A stretch of DNA of 64,000 bases from a virus, in IMG/VR virus record IMGVR_UViG_3300006028_000003, positions 12,032-76,031 of that record, one strand, 5' to 3'. The translations under genes were made by a program, and so were the position numbers. Positions 47,125 through 56,239 of this stretch are shown here, in pieces. Below the pieces are notes generated by a model, which did not search any database, had not been told where the DNA came from, and saw nothing but the letters and a program-made list of their open reading frames with translations. Positions within the stretch are counted from its first letter, which is position 1; each line of letters opens with the position of its first letter.

Positions 47125-47877
47125 CTACAATGAGAGGACCATCTTGATGTAGGAGTCGCTCATCTCGATCCCGAAGTCATTCTGCAACGAGTCGATGGCC
47201 TCGCGGGTCGTCATTGTAACAAAAGATTGGGTTACTGGCACCCAGCCGCGGTAGGTGCAGACGACTTCGATCGGCGCGTAGGGGAGAAGGATCTTCGCGT
47301 TGAAGTCCATCCACAACTGCTGCTGATAGGTGAGCACCCAACCGCCAGGCCAATGGGAGCTCCCGGTGACCATATCGGCCAACGTACTCAACGGGGTGTA
47401 TTTGTTGGCGACGTCGTAGCGAGGCGCGCCTTGGATGCTCAGCTTTGCTTCGATCCCCGACTGGAAGCCGAAGAAGAAGTCGCTGAACGCTTGGAATTGG
47501 TTTTGGTTCGCGGTCGAAGATTCGTTCTGAACCCTCACCACCAACGCATCGATGAGGGTGTCCTGAACGATCTTGACGTCGGAGCCGACCCCGGTAATGA
47601 CCGAAGTTGCGGTATCGGGGAAGATTGCCCGGACGTTGATGATGTAAGGCGCGAGGGGAACTCCCTTCGCCTTGGCGAGAGCGAGCCTCGGAGAACCCGC
47701 CGCCAGCATCGCGTAGACGCCGGCAGCGAGGGGTCCGAGGACATTGTCGGTGCAGTCGCAGCTCCCCATACCGAAGGCTTTCACCTTCGGCTTTGGGGGG
47801 GCTCCGAGACCCGCTGTTTTCGAGAGCAGCTTTTCGAGTTGCTCGTTGGAGATCCAGGCTCCTGCTTGCTGAGTCAT
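47125..47877 (-). CDS. Putative single jelly-roll capsid protein (small MCP-like)
   Basis: AGGAGG RBS; alternating strands YIINVRAIF..KIVQDTLIDAL..AKLSIQG..TPL..WVL..QLWMDF..EVVCTYRG. Confidence 0.5.
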   Translation of the reverse strand: MTQQAGAWISNEQLEKLLSKTAGLGAPPKPKVKAFGMGSCDCTDNVLGPLAAGVYAMLAAGSPRLALAKAKGVPLAPYIINVRAIFPDTATSVITGVGSDVKIVQDTLIDALVVRVQNESSTANQNQFQAFSDFFFGFQSGIEAKLSIQGAPRYDVANKYTPLSTLADMVTGSSHWPGGWVLTYQQQLWMDFNAKILLPYAPIEVVCTYRGWVPVTQSFVTMTTREAIDSLQNDFGIEMSDSYIKMVLSL

Positions 47878-47910
47878 CGAGGGTTACCTCCTTTCAGGGG
47901 GTAGCCCCGA

Positions 47911-49266
47911 TCACTGCGCTGCGAACCGCATCCCGACGCACTCGAACACGGCCGCGCGGATGTCGGCGCTCGCACTGAGCTGGTTGTACCAATCCTGGGA
48001 GACTTCGAAGCCGCGGATCGGGAGGGTCAACTTGAGGTCGCCAGACTGGTAGACAACGCGCTCGGCGTCGACTTGCTGCGCGACGTCGGTTCCGTCGAGG
48101 GTGCGCTCCAACATGACGGGAGAAGCGCCGCCTGCGGTCGGCTCCGCGATCCAGTTGCTGTCCGACGTGAAGATCGGGGGGATGCTCCCGCCGAAGCCCT
48201 GCGTGATGCTGAGGAACTGGCGCATCTGGTCGCCTTCCACGGAGTCACACTCCTGAAGGAAGATCCCGATCGGAACGCCGCGGGGGATCACGTAGGGGAC
48301 GCAGAGCTTGCGCATCTCCTTGTTGCCGTTGAGCATCGACCGGAGATCCATGCCGCCGTAGGTGGCGCCGACGATCTCGAAGTCACGCGTCGGGGTGAAC
48401 CGCCCGACGTTGACACCGCCGGTGGCCGCAGAGCCGAGCCGAAGGAAGTCGACGCGGCTGAAGTTGAGGGCCGTGCCGAGCTCATCGTAGCGCTGGTTCA
48501 GGTTGCGCTCGAAGGTGACGGTATCGACCTCAGAGCTGGAAGCAGAGCCTTCCTGCGCCGACGGAGGCATGTACGCCGTGTGACGGAGCTGATCGTCGCA
48601 GATGTTGGTGTGCTGACCGATCTTCCACCGGTAGTTATAGGCGCGGCTCATGTGCCAGCAGACGTAGTTCGCCCACCACCCGTGACGCCACACCGCGGGG
48701 AGAGCGACGCCCGTGGGGCTTGCGCCTGCGAAAGCGGCGCCGAGAGCTCCGTTGAAGCGGTCGTTCTGGGTGAAGACGTCAGGAGAAGGCGGCTTCGCAA
48801 CAGCGGCCGTCGGATGCGTAAACGCATTGCCCCGGGCGGTGAAGCAGAGGGGTTCCGGCTCCATGATGAAGCCGACATAGCAGGCGACGAAGTTCGTCTG
48901 GGTCTGCCCGGTCTGCGCCATCGTGGTTTCCACGAAGTCGATTCCGAAGGGCGACTTGCCGGCGCCGAAGAGGTCGATCTCCGCGCCGAAGTTACTCCGG
49001 ACGCTTTCGTCGACCTGAGGGCCGGTCATCGTCCATCGGACTTCCTCGATCACGTCCATGTTCCAGTAGGGGGTGTTGCTTGACTCCTGCATCAGGTCGA
49101 TGATGCTTCCGAACCCAGACTTGAGGGTCGCGGCGTCCTTGACCTTACTGAGGTCGAGCGCTCGGCCCTGACCAACCTGGTATCGATCGCTGGGCCGCTC
49201 CCTCTTGCGGATTTCCGCCGCCCGAGGGGCGACATTGCGAGACTGAACGAGACCTCTGTAATCCAT
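47911..49266 (-). CDS. Putative major capsid protein (vertical jelly-roll-like)
   Basis: GGAG RBS, strongly biased codons; IDLFG...ETTMAQTGQ...FVA..VGF resembles the LF..TNM..GQ..F.V pattern of jelly-roll MCPs; PYVIP.G.PI.I.L; terminal L.L.IRGFE. Confidence 0.58.
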   Translation of the reverse strand: MDYRGLVQSRNVAPRAAEIRKRERPSDRYQVGQGRALDLSKVKDAATLKSGFGSIIDLMQESSNTPYWNMDVIEEVRWTMTGPQVDESVRSNFGAEIDLFGAGKSPFGIDFVETTMAQTGQTQTNFVACYVGFIMEPEPLCFTARGNAFTHPTAAVAKPPSPDVFTQNDRFNGALGAAFAGASPTGVALPAVWRHGWWANYVCWHMSRAYNYRWKIGQHTNICDDQLRHTAYMPPSAQEGSASSSEVDTVTFERNLNQRYDELGTALNFSRVDFLRLGSAATGGVNVGRFTPTRDFEIVGATYGGMDLRSMLNGNKEMRKLCVPYVIPRGVPIGIFLQECDSVEGDQMRQFLSITQGFGGSIPPIFTSDSNWIAEPTAGGASPVMLERTLDGTDVAQQVDAERVVYQSGDLKLTLPIRGFEVSQDWYNQLSASADIRAAVFECVGMRFAAQ

Positions 49267-49365
49267 GATGCGATTCTCCGTGGTTAGGTGGCCCTCTTAG
49301 GCGCCCACCAGTTTTGAACCGCACTCAGCTTTCGTTTCCCCGGAAGCTGGAATCTTGCTCAAGAT

Positions 49366-50928
49366 CTATTCGTCGTTGAAGCCCCAGTTGAAGCGGTTTC
49401 GGCCGCCATTCTTGGGGACTCCGGTAAGGTTCTGCATGTTGAGGCTCGGCGGAGGAGCCGCGGGGGGTGGCGGGGGAGGAGGCGGCGGGGCCGTCATCTG
49501 GGGGGTCGGCGCCTGGGTTTGGGCGTTTTGGGAGGTTTCCCGGGGCATGCTCGGGTAACCCAGGTTTTTTTGCTCGCAGGGAGCGCAATCACCAAGGGGT
49601 TTCCCAAGCTGGGGCCTTCCGAGGCCTGCTGAGGGGAGGGAAGCCAAATCGGCGGCTTGCTGGTTTCCGTTGTTCGCCTTGAGAACCGCGGCCCTCATCT
49701 CACCGTCGTAGAGGCGCTGGCCGGTTCCCATGCCCTTGGTGAGCGTCGCGATTGCGTCGATGGCGCCCTTACCAACGACTCGAACTCCCCAGCCGAACGC
49801 TGCGAATTGCATCGAAGCGCGGACCATCGGGGCCTTGACGAAACTCGCGGTGACGAACATCACCGCGGGAACGCCGATGCCGGCGGCCCATCGGCCAAGA
49901 TCCATCGGAGCGCAAATCGCGGTCGGATTGAAGAGCCCGGAATAACTCCCGGAAGTCGGAGGGTTGTCGGCGTAGAGCTCGTTTCCGTTCGCATCCTTGG
50001 TGCCCTTATCGGTCAGGGCGTGGGTCGCGATGAAGCGGTCGAGAGCATCGCCGCCGAGGAAGCCGAGGGTGCCGAAGATCGAGGCGACGAAGAGCTCACC
50101 GCCAGTCAAGCCGTATTGGCTTGGGTTGCGCCTCGATCGGCCACGGCGTCGACCACGGCGGCGCTCGGCCGCGTAGTCTTCACGTCGACTCGACCGGCTT
50201 CGGAAGCCCTGCGAAGCCATACGGCCTCGACGGGCCGCGTGGGCCTTTTTGATGTTGCGGCGGGCGGCGGCGATTTGCTTTCGGCTCGCCTTGCGCTTTC
50301 CACCACCGCTCTTGCGGCGACCGCGCGACTTCCGCTTCGGGGCTTTGCCCGCCCGGCGTCGACGTGCCCAACCCTTTTTGGCTGCCTTCGCGTGCCGACG
50401 AGGGGCTCCACGCCATTCGCTTGCGGAGCTCTTTCGGCTCTTCCGACGCCGTTTCGCGGCCTTGCGCTTCGCCTTGCTGCGCTTGCGCTTCGGGGTCGGG
50501 TTGTGCTTTGCGCGCCGCTTACCCTTCGACCGGCGCTTTTTGCGCGGGGTCTCGGAGGCCCGATGTTTCGATCGACGCGCGGCCTTTGCGGCGCGGATCA
50601 TCTTCCGCGTAGCGCGCTGTTGCGCAGCGGTGCGAGCCTTCTTGCGACCCTTTTTCTTGGCCATCGGTGCTTTCCTCGAAGATTTTGCGCCTGACCTGCC
50701 TTTCCCCGTTGAAGTTGTGCTCTCTCGAAGTGAAGCGCGGCGGCGATGGTATGTCAAGCCCCTCCCCTTCTTGTGCGCCTTCTTCTTAGTCTTACGGCGG
50801 TAGCCAAAATCTAGCCGCCGGCCTTTTTTGCTCTCCTTGCTACCGGTGATCCGGCCCTTGGCTGTCGCGGCAAATTCGGGCCCGGATTCACGGTTGGAGT
50901 CCAGGCGAGCGAGGTAATCTATCGGCAT
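49366..50928 (-). CDS. Protamine/histone-like Arg/Lys-rich protein with C-terminal membrane domain
   Basis: About 240 aa of K/R tracts ending RRNP, then hydrophobic helices and a Pro-rich tail; RBS at 50928 and at internal ATG 50664. Confidence 0.8.
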   Translation of the reverse strand: MPIDYLARLDSNRESGPEFAATAKGRITGSKESKKGRRLDFGYRRKTKKKAHKKGRGLTYHRRRASLRESTTSTGKGRSGAKSSRKAPMAKKKGRKKARTAAQQRATRKMIRAAKAARRSKHRASETPRKKRRSKGKRRAKHNPTPKRKRSKAKRKAAKRRRKSRKSSASEWRGAPRRHAKAAKKGWARRRRAGKAPKRKSRGRRKSGGGKRKASRKQIAAARRNIKKAHAARRGRMASQGFRSRSSRREDYAAERRRGRRRGRSRRNPSQYGLTGGELFVASIFGTLGFLGGDALDRFIATHALTDKGTKDANGNELYADNPPTSGSYSGLFNPTAICAPMDLGRWAAGIGVPAVMFVTASFVKAPMVRASMQFAAFGWGVRVVGKGAIDAIATLTKGMGTGQRLYDGEMRAAVLKANNGNQQAADLASLPSAGLGRPQLGKPLGDCAPCEQKNLGYPSMPRETSQNAQTQAPTPQMTAPPPPPPPPPAAPPPSLNMQNLTGVPKNGGRNRFNWGFNDE

Positions 50929-50937
50929 CGAAGCCTC

Positions 50938-51996
50938 CTAGGGGCGCACAAAACCACGGTCGTCCAGTTGAGCACCGCGGGGGAGCTCCAACCGACAAAA
51001 CTTTCCGCGTTTGTAGAGGCGGACCTTCTTGTGGCCCCCCAAGAGTGACATCAAGCCCTTGTTGAATTCATGGCGAAAATAGCCCGCGCGTCGGCCACTT
51101 CGGGTGTAGAAGATGTCCGCCACCTCCCCCAAGTAAGACCAATCCCTCAACGCCTTCGGCGGGGTGTTGACCCTTCCGAGGTGACCGTCGCTCCGACCAA
51201 AGTAAGCCTTCGCATCGCCTTCGATATCAACCCGGCTTTCTCGAAGCTTAGCCGGCCCAATCAAAACACTCTTTGAAGGCCACCATCGGCCGCTCGGGTC
51301 ATGCATCATCGCTCCGGAGCAATGAATCTCGCGGCCGTCGGCAAGTTCGAAGGTGACCCCGCGCCCCTTGGCGATAAGGGCCTTGCTTCCTAGTTTTCTT
51401 CCGCCGCCGCCGGTGGGATTTTCCTTGGGCCCCTTGAAGATCATCCAACCCATCACCCCGAGGCCCACCGCGACGAGGCCCCACAAAGCGGCCGCCGCAA
51501 CGCTAGTCGGTGTCGACGTAGAAGTAGCTTTGACGGGGGTAGCGGGGGTGATCTGCGGCGCTGACGCAACCGGGCCTCTTAGATCTGCTTGAATGAGCTT
51601 CGCGAGGTCTTGGGCGGTATGAGCGGTCTGGGGTGAAGCGAGGTGCCAGTCGAGCGCTTGCAGTTGGGTGAGGACCCCATCGATTTCGGGGGGCCAAGAA
51701 GTGACCTGCGCCTTGATCGTCGCAACTTGCGGGATGATGGCTTGGTAGGCCTGGACCGCATTTTCCCACTTCTTGGCGACCATGAAGGCGTCGCCGGAGT
51801 CGATCGTGACCCCGAGGTTCTGCAAGTCGACCGCGGCGGAGCCGAAGCCTTGCGGTATTCCCCCTAGAGTCGGACACGCTCGTATGTGCATGAGGCCGTC
51901 CGACCCGAGAACGTCATGTCCTACGCCACGTGCACAACGGCCGCAGTATCGAGAGCCATCCTGCCGAAGGACTATCGCCGAGCTTTCCGAGCCCAT
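50938..51996 (-). CDS. Membrane-spanning virion protein (helical domain, TM, KENP, basic C-domain)
   Basis: TM AAAALWGLVAVGLGVMGWMIF; C-domain LGEV..I.Y.R...YFRHEF; start uncertain. Confidence 0.65.
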   Translation of the reverse strand: MGSESSAIVLRQDGSRYCGRCARGVGHDVLGSDGLMHIRACPTLGGIPQGFGSAAVDLQNLGVTIDSGDAFMVAKKWENAVQAYQAIIPQVATIKAQVTSWPPEIDGVLTQLQALDWHLASPQTAHTAQDLAKLIQADLRGPVASAPQITPATPVKATSTSTPTSVAAAALWGLVAVGLGVMGWMIFKGPKENPTGGGGRKLGSKALIAKGRGVTFELADGREIHCSGAMMHDPSGRWWPSKSVLIGPAKLRESRVDIEGDAKAYFGRSDGHLGRVNTPPKALRDWSYLGEVADIFYTRSGRRAGYFRHEFNKGLMSLLGGHKKVRLYKRGKFCRLELPRGAQLDDRGFVRP

Positions 51997-52376
51997 AGCC
52001 ACCATCCTACCCCAGTCACCGCAACAAGGCCGGCCGCGACATAAACGGGGGTTAGCGGAACCGGCTTCGATGGGATCTCCCCGCCCGGGGGCGTCGGGGT
52101 TCCGCCATCGGCATCGACCCAAGCGGAAACCGCATGAGAGTCATCAATCCAGCTCAACACCCCAGGGACCCCCCAGGGGATGCTTCCGTCGGCCGTTGCG
52201 GTCGCGGCGATCAAACTTCCACCGGGAACCACCGCGAAGGAATAAACGCTAAGGCCGTGCTTCGTCGCAAAGCTTTTGATGTCAGCCTCGGAATGCGACG
52301 TCGCTACTAGGGCCGCGTAAGCAGAGCCTTTCTTGGTGGCGATGTCTTTCCCGGTTGGGAGAGCTACCCAAGTCAT
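51972..52376 (-). CDS. Small membrane protein with C-terminal TM/basic tail
   Basis: TM then WWLWARKARR. Confidence 0.7.
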   Translation of the reverse strand: MTWVALPTGKDIATKKGSAYAALVATSHSEADIKSFATKHGLSVYSFAVVPGGSLIAATATADGSIPWGVPGVLSWIDDSHAVSAWVDADGGTPTPPGGEIPSKPVPLTPVYVAAGLVAVTGVGWWLWARKARR

Positions 52377-53671
52377 CGCCGGGGCAAGAGCCGATCTAGC
52401 GTGTAGAGCCCCGCGATCGTGCCGACGATCCCGAGGATCAACCCAACCCCCCCGATTTCGATCGTGCTTGGATTGGTCAACTTCTGACCGAGCGTTTGGT
52501 AGGCCTCGAGAGCGCCGCCCGCACCCTTCGTGAAGAGCTGAAGGACCCCATGCGCCAAAATTCCAAGGCCCTCAACCTGGCCAACGACTTGCTGCTGAAG
52601 GCCAAGCCCAGGGGGATCTGGCAACGCTAACGTCGGGCAGTCTCGCTTCACCTGGGGTTGGTAAAAGTTGCCGACATCCGTCACCACCTTCTGGAAGTCG
52701 ACTAGGATGTCCCCAGCCGAAGCGACGATCTCCCAGTCTTGGAGGCCCGCGTGTTGGTTCCAAGACGACGTGATCGAGTCAGAAATATTTTGGTTTGCGT
52801 TGGCCCAGAGCTGCAACGTCTTCTGATCTGGAGGGGCGGCGAACTCGCTTGCATTTGGGGTTGGGCCGGTGCCATCCGCGGCGGCTTTCCAAGCGGCGGA
52901 ACAGCTTGCGGCGGCCCTAGCGGTGCCCATCACAAAGTCATCCCAAAGACTACGGTACGCGAGAACATCCCCGGGGGTAACGGCTCCGTGGGTCGCTTGG
53001 CCTAGCCCCCAATGCGGCGTTGTCGATCCGCGATGAATGCGGCGAACCGCGGGGGCCTTCCCCAAGGTGACCATCTCCGGTTGCGCCTCTCCGAGCGGAC
53101 CGACTGGCCCCATCGGGTCGACCCACACCTCGTCAACCGCGGGCGCCGCACTTCCGAACGGCATCTTCGTGGAGGGGTCGGCGTAGCGCCAGTCAGAGCC
53201 ATCATAAACCGCGATCAGAACATGCTCTTGGGCGGTGCCTCCGAAGTTTTGCTTCACGATTTGTGTGGGCAACCCGATCGACAAGTAAAGGCTCCCCAAA
53301 GCCACGCTGAGGTCATCGCAATCCCCGCCTTGGATGCAGAGGTTCGGCCGCAAGCAAAGGGTGGCGCCCGCGCTCTGAATCGATTCGGTTCCGTAGGGGT
53401 CGCTCGTGTAAACCGTTGCGGACCGAAGGCAATCTAGGATCGCGGCGGCTTGCTTTGCTGCGGTCGTCGACCCATCGCGGCCGTCGAGGCCCTTCGCGCG
53501 AAGACAATCAAGGGCCCACTGTTTGACTCCCGCGTCGATCTTGCCCTCCCTCATCTTCTGCGCCATCGTCTCAAGGGACATGCGAATCCCAGCCTGGCCG
53601 TTGGGATAGTTCCCGACGGTCACCGGAATACCGGCGGCGCGCATACTTTGGAGGCCAGGATCGAAGGCCAT
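52373..53671 (-). CDS. Transglutaminase-fold (Cys-His-Asp) enzyme fused to a helical domain with C-terminal TM
   Basis: GGDCDDL (Cys), QEHV (His), WRYADPS (Asp); linker with TLG and WGLG; TM then LLPRR. Confidence 0.82.
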   Translation of the reverse strand: MAFDPGLQSMRAAGIPVTVGNYPNGQAGIRMSLETMAQKMREGKIDAGVKQWALDCLRAKGLDGRDGSTTAAKQAAAILDCLRSATVYTSDPYGTESIQSAGATLCLRPNLCIQGGDCDDLSVALGSLYLSIGLPTQIVKQNFGGTAQEHVLIAVYDGSDWRYADPSTKMPFGSAAPAVDEVWVDPMGPVGPLGEAQPEMVTLGKAPAVRRIHRGSTTPHWGLGQATHGAVTPGDVLAYRSLWDDFVMGTARAAASCSAAWKAAADGTGPTPNASEFAAPPDQKTLQLWANANQNISDSITSSWNQHAGLQDWEIVASAGDILVDFQKVVTDVGNFYQPQVKRDCPTLALPDPPGLGLQQQVVGQVEGLGILAHGVLQLFTKGAGGALEAYQTLGQKLTNPSTIEIGGVGLILGIVGTIAGLYTLDRLLPRR

Positions 53672-53680
53672 CTAGGCCCC

Positions 53681-53959
53681 TTACTTACTCGACGAGGTGG
53701 ACCCCGGAGCGAGTGAAGCGCTTGTGGGTCCGGCCGGAGGCGTTGGGCCTGTAAGAGCCGTCGAAGCGGGGGGAGTCGGCGCCATCAAACTCCCGGCGAC
53801 GAAAGCCGCCACCAAAGCCCCGACCGCTCCGAAGGCCGCGGTCACATTCCCGGGTCGCTTCGCGTTGGCGAGCTCTCCGATCACCAATCCCGCGACGGCT
53901 CCGGCGGCGCCCCCGAGGACCGTTACGAACCCTACCGTTGTGCCAGCTTTCACATCCAT
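53681..53959 (-). CDS. Small two-TM Gly-zipper protein
   Basis: AGGAG RBS; two GxxxG-rich helices. Confidence 0.7.
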   Translation of the reverse strand: MDVKAGTTVGFVTVLGGAAGAVAGLVIGELANAKRPGNVTAAFGAVGALVAAFVAGSLMAPTPPASTALTGPTPPAGPTSASLAPGSTSSSK

Positions 53960-53969
53960 GAGGCTTCTC

Positions 53970-54470
53970 CTAGCTGACTACAATCGTAACATCGAAGCCA
54001 GGGGCCCCACTCATCGTGAAGTCAGGACCGGTTCCGTGGTCTTCCATGACGCCGGGGGTCAGGTGGATGACCGCGGTTCCGGGCGCAATCGCCTTGTAGG
54101 TGCCGGAGGCGAGATGCATCCCGGTCGGCGTCGGGTTGACCTCCGCGAGAGAGGGGTTGATCGTGAGGGGCCCGCCTGAAGAGGTGGGCTTCAGGGAGAC
54201 GGCCCAAACGAGAGTGGGATCACTCACCACCGGCGTGATCTGGATCGTCTCACCGACATGCATCCCGGCTTCCACCGGGCCGGTCGGCTGAAGCAAATAA
54301 GTGGCCCTCGGAGCCGTCGGAGGAGCGAAAACCGGAGCGTTAGAAGGAGGCGCTGGAGTTGGAGCCGAAGCCGCGACGGCCGAAGGCGGGGGCCGGAAGA
54401 TGAGGTAAAGCGCCACCCCGGCTAGAGTTGCTCCGCCGACAGCAAGGGCTATTTTGGTCTCCTTCTTCAC
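53970..54470 (-). CDS. N-anchored membrane protein with Ig-like domain
   Basis: KKETK + TM + Pro stalk; YKAIAPGTAVIHL. Confidence 0.68.
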   Translation of the reverse strand: MKKETKIALAVGGATLAGVALYLIFRPPPSAVAASAPTPAPPSNAPVFAPPTAPRATYLLQPTGPVEAGMHVGETIQITPVVSDPTLVWAVSLKPTSSGGPLTINPSLAEVNPTPTGMHLASGTYKAIAPGTAVIHLTPGVMEDHGTGPDFTMSGAPGFDVTIVVS

Positions 54471-54477
54471 CGGGGGA

Positions 54478-54894
54478 TCAACCGGTTGCGAGGAAGGCCG
54501 CGTTCGTCGGGTTCACGCCGTCTTGCAGCGCAACGACCCCGTTCGGAACCGGCCCCGATTGGCCGTTGTACTTGGCGATGGCGACGTAGCTTGAGCCACT
54601 GCCTTGCAATCCCCCGGGGGTTACGCCGTTGCCGTTGAAGAAGAGGATCCCCACCGAAGTCCAGCCGGCCTGCTTCAAGGCCGTGACGAGGGAGTTGACA
54701 TCGGAAACCCCAGAGGGCACCGAGGCCGCGAAGGTGTATGTCTGCCCGTTGGTAAACTGGGTCACCGGGGTTCCGGCGGTAAGTTGACCGGCCGGAACTG
54801 AGGGGGCCTTGTACTTTTCGTAGTACCAGACGCCTCCTGCAATCGCCGCGAGAACGCCACCGCCGATGAGCCAGTTTCGCGTGGAACGCTTCAT
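54478..54894 (-). CDS. N-anchored membrane protein
   Basis: MKRSTRNWLIGGGVLAAIAGGVWYY; promoter directly upstream. Confidence 0.7.
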   Translation of the reverse strand: MKRSTRNWLIGGGVLAAIAGGVWYYEKYKAPSVPAGQLTAGTPVTQFTNGQTYTFAASVPSGVSDVNSLVTALKQAGWTSVGILFFNGNGVTPGGLQGSGSSYVAIAKYNGQSGPVPNGVVALQDGVNPTNAAFLATG

Positions 54895-54901
54895 GCGGCT
54901 T

Positions 54902-54953
54902 ATGCTACCGCCGGTGGCACGGAAGTGCAATTGTCAAGGGGATGCGGTAGTCT
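54902..54953. promoter_or_regulatory. Divergent overlapping sigma70-like promoters of the structural module
   Basis: Minus: TTGCAC-N17-TAGCAT, 7 nt to ATG. Plus: GTGCAA-N17-TAGTCT, 8 nt to ATG. Both -10s preceded by GCGG. Confidence 0.6.
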
Positions 54954-54961
54954 GAGACTCG

Positions 54962-56239
54962 ATGGTGACCCCGCCGCATTGGCCTCAGGGTAGGACCGGG
55001 GTTGGGGCCAGCCTTTCGGATTTCACTGAGCTAGCCACCTCAGACCCCCACTTCGACCAAGCATGGGGCGAAATCAACGGCCAGCTCGACATCGAGGGCG
55101 CCGGCACCACCGAGATCAACTCCGCCAAGATTGCATTGACCAACGCCTTCGAGCAGCTTTCGACCCAGAGCTTCGGCCTCAGCGGCCAGGATGCGATCAA
55201 CGCCGCGAAGCAATACGTCTTGGTGGGGCAAACGGTCCTAGGGGCGGTTCAGACAGTGGGGGGCCTCGTCGGCCAGCTCGAGAATGGGGCACCTCCTCTT
55301 GAGGTCATGCAGGCCTTTACCGGAACCCTCATCGGGTTGGCGGCGGGCGCGGGCCTCATCTCCGCGGGCGTCGGAGCGGCCATCGTCGCCGGAGTGGGGG
55401 CCATACTCGACATCCTTGGCTCCGTTGGGTTGTTTGGAAGCCCGCCACCAGGGGTTGGGGTTCCGGGCTGCAATTACTCGGTGCCTTCTCAACCGGATTT
55501 TCAATTCGGCTGCATCGTCGCGTGGGGCCCCAAGGTTGAACCGACGTCAACCCAGTGGCGGAAATTCCCCCAACCGGGAAACCCACCCGATGAGCCTTGG
55601 TTTCAACCGATCCCCAACACTTCGACGGTCTACGGCGACTGGCCTCAGATTCCAAACGGGCCTCCCCCCATTCGTCTCGGGGGCCCGGCTCCGGCTGGAA
55701 GGCCGATCGATACCGGCTTCCCGGCTTACCAGCGGGCGCTCAACGATTCGAGCAACGGAGGCTTCTTCCTCGCCTTCTTTCAAGCCTGGCAGAGCAACGC
55801 GGAATACGCGCTGAATGGGTTGAGGCCCCAGCCTGACGAGCAGGTCTTGATCCACACGTTGAGGTTGTGGAATCGAGCGCACGATGGGCCGATGGTGCCG
55901 CTTCGCGGGGGCTTCTACGCCGAATCGCTTGTGCCGCTCGCGATGAACACGTTGAGCGGGAACGACCCCCTTATGTTTGCGGGGGGCCTCGGGATCAATG
56001 TGGGGCCCATCAAGAGCCCTCCCCGGAAGGTCATCGCGCTTCACCTTCCGTCAGGAAGCATCAAGGCCTCGCCAACTTTACCGGGGGCCACTTCAACCGG
56101 CGCCAAGGTCGCCGCAGGAACCGCCGTCGTCGGCGGAGCCGCTATTCTAGGAACCGTTGTTTTTAGCTTGGTCAAGGGCCAAGCGGTTGACGCGGTGTTG
56201 GGGCACGCCTGGAAACATGTGAAGGGATGGTTTCGATGA
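54962..56239 (+). CDS. Membrane-associated virion protein (possible DNA-delivery protein)
   Basis: Leader ending GVG, helical domain, central Gly-rich TM, Pro/Trp domain, C-terminal TM. Confidence 0.62.
   Translation: MVTPPHWPQGRTGVGASLSDFTELATSDPHFDQAWGEINGQLDIEGAGTTEINSAKIALTNAFEQLSTQSFGLSGQDAINAAKQYVLVGQTVLGAVQTVGGLVGQLENGAPPLEVMQAFTGTLIGLAAGAGLISAGVGAAIVAGVGAILDILGSVGLFGSPPPGVGVPGCNYSVPSQPDFQFGCIVAWGPKVEPTSTQWRKFPQPGNPPDEPWFQPIPNTSTVYGDWPQIPNGPPPIRLGGPAPAGRPIDTGFPAYQRALNDSSNGGFFLAFFQAWQSNAEYALNGLRPQPDEQVLIHTLRLWNRAHDGPMVPLRGGFYAESLVPLAMNTLSGNDPLMFAGGLGINVGPIKSPPRKVIALHLPSGSIKASPTLPGATSTGAKVAAGTAVVGGAAILGTVVFSLVKGQAVDAVLGHAWKHVKGWFR

Noticed and set aside
49267-49365. Hammerhead ribozyme or tRNA in the MCP leader
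   Set aside because: No CUGAnGA core and no cloverleaf/T-loop pattern; kept only as a structured leader.
48073-50803. Long plus-strand ORFs (48073..49083, 49657..50694, 50249..50803; likewise 40039..40962, 5640..6371)
   Set aside because: Antisense shadows of real genes in high-GC DNA, with no RBS or motifs.
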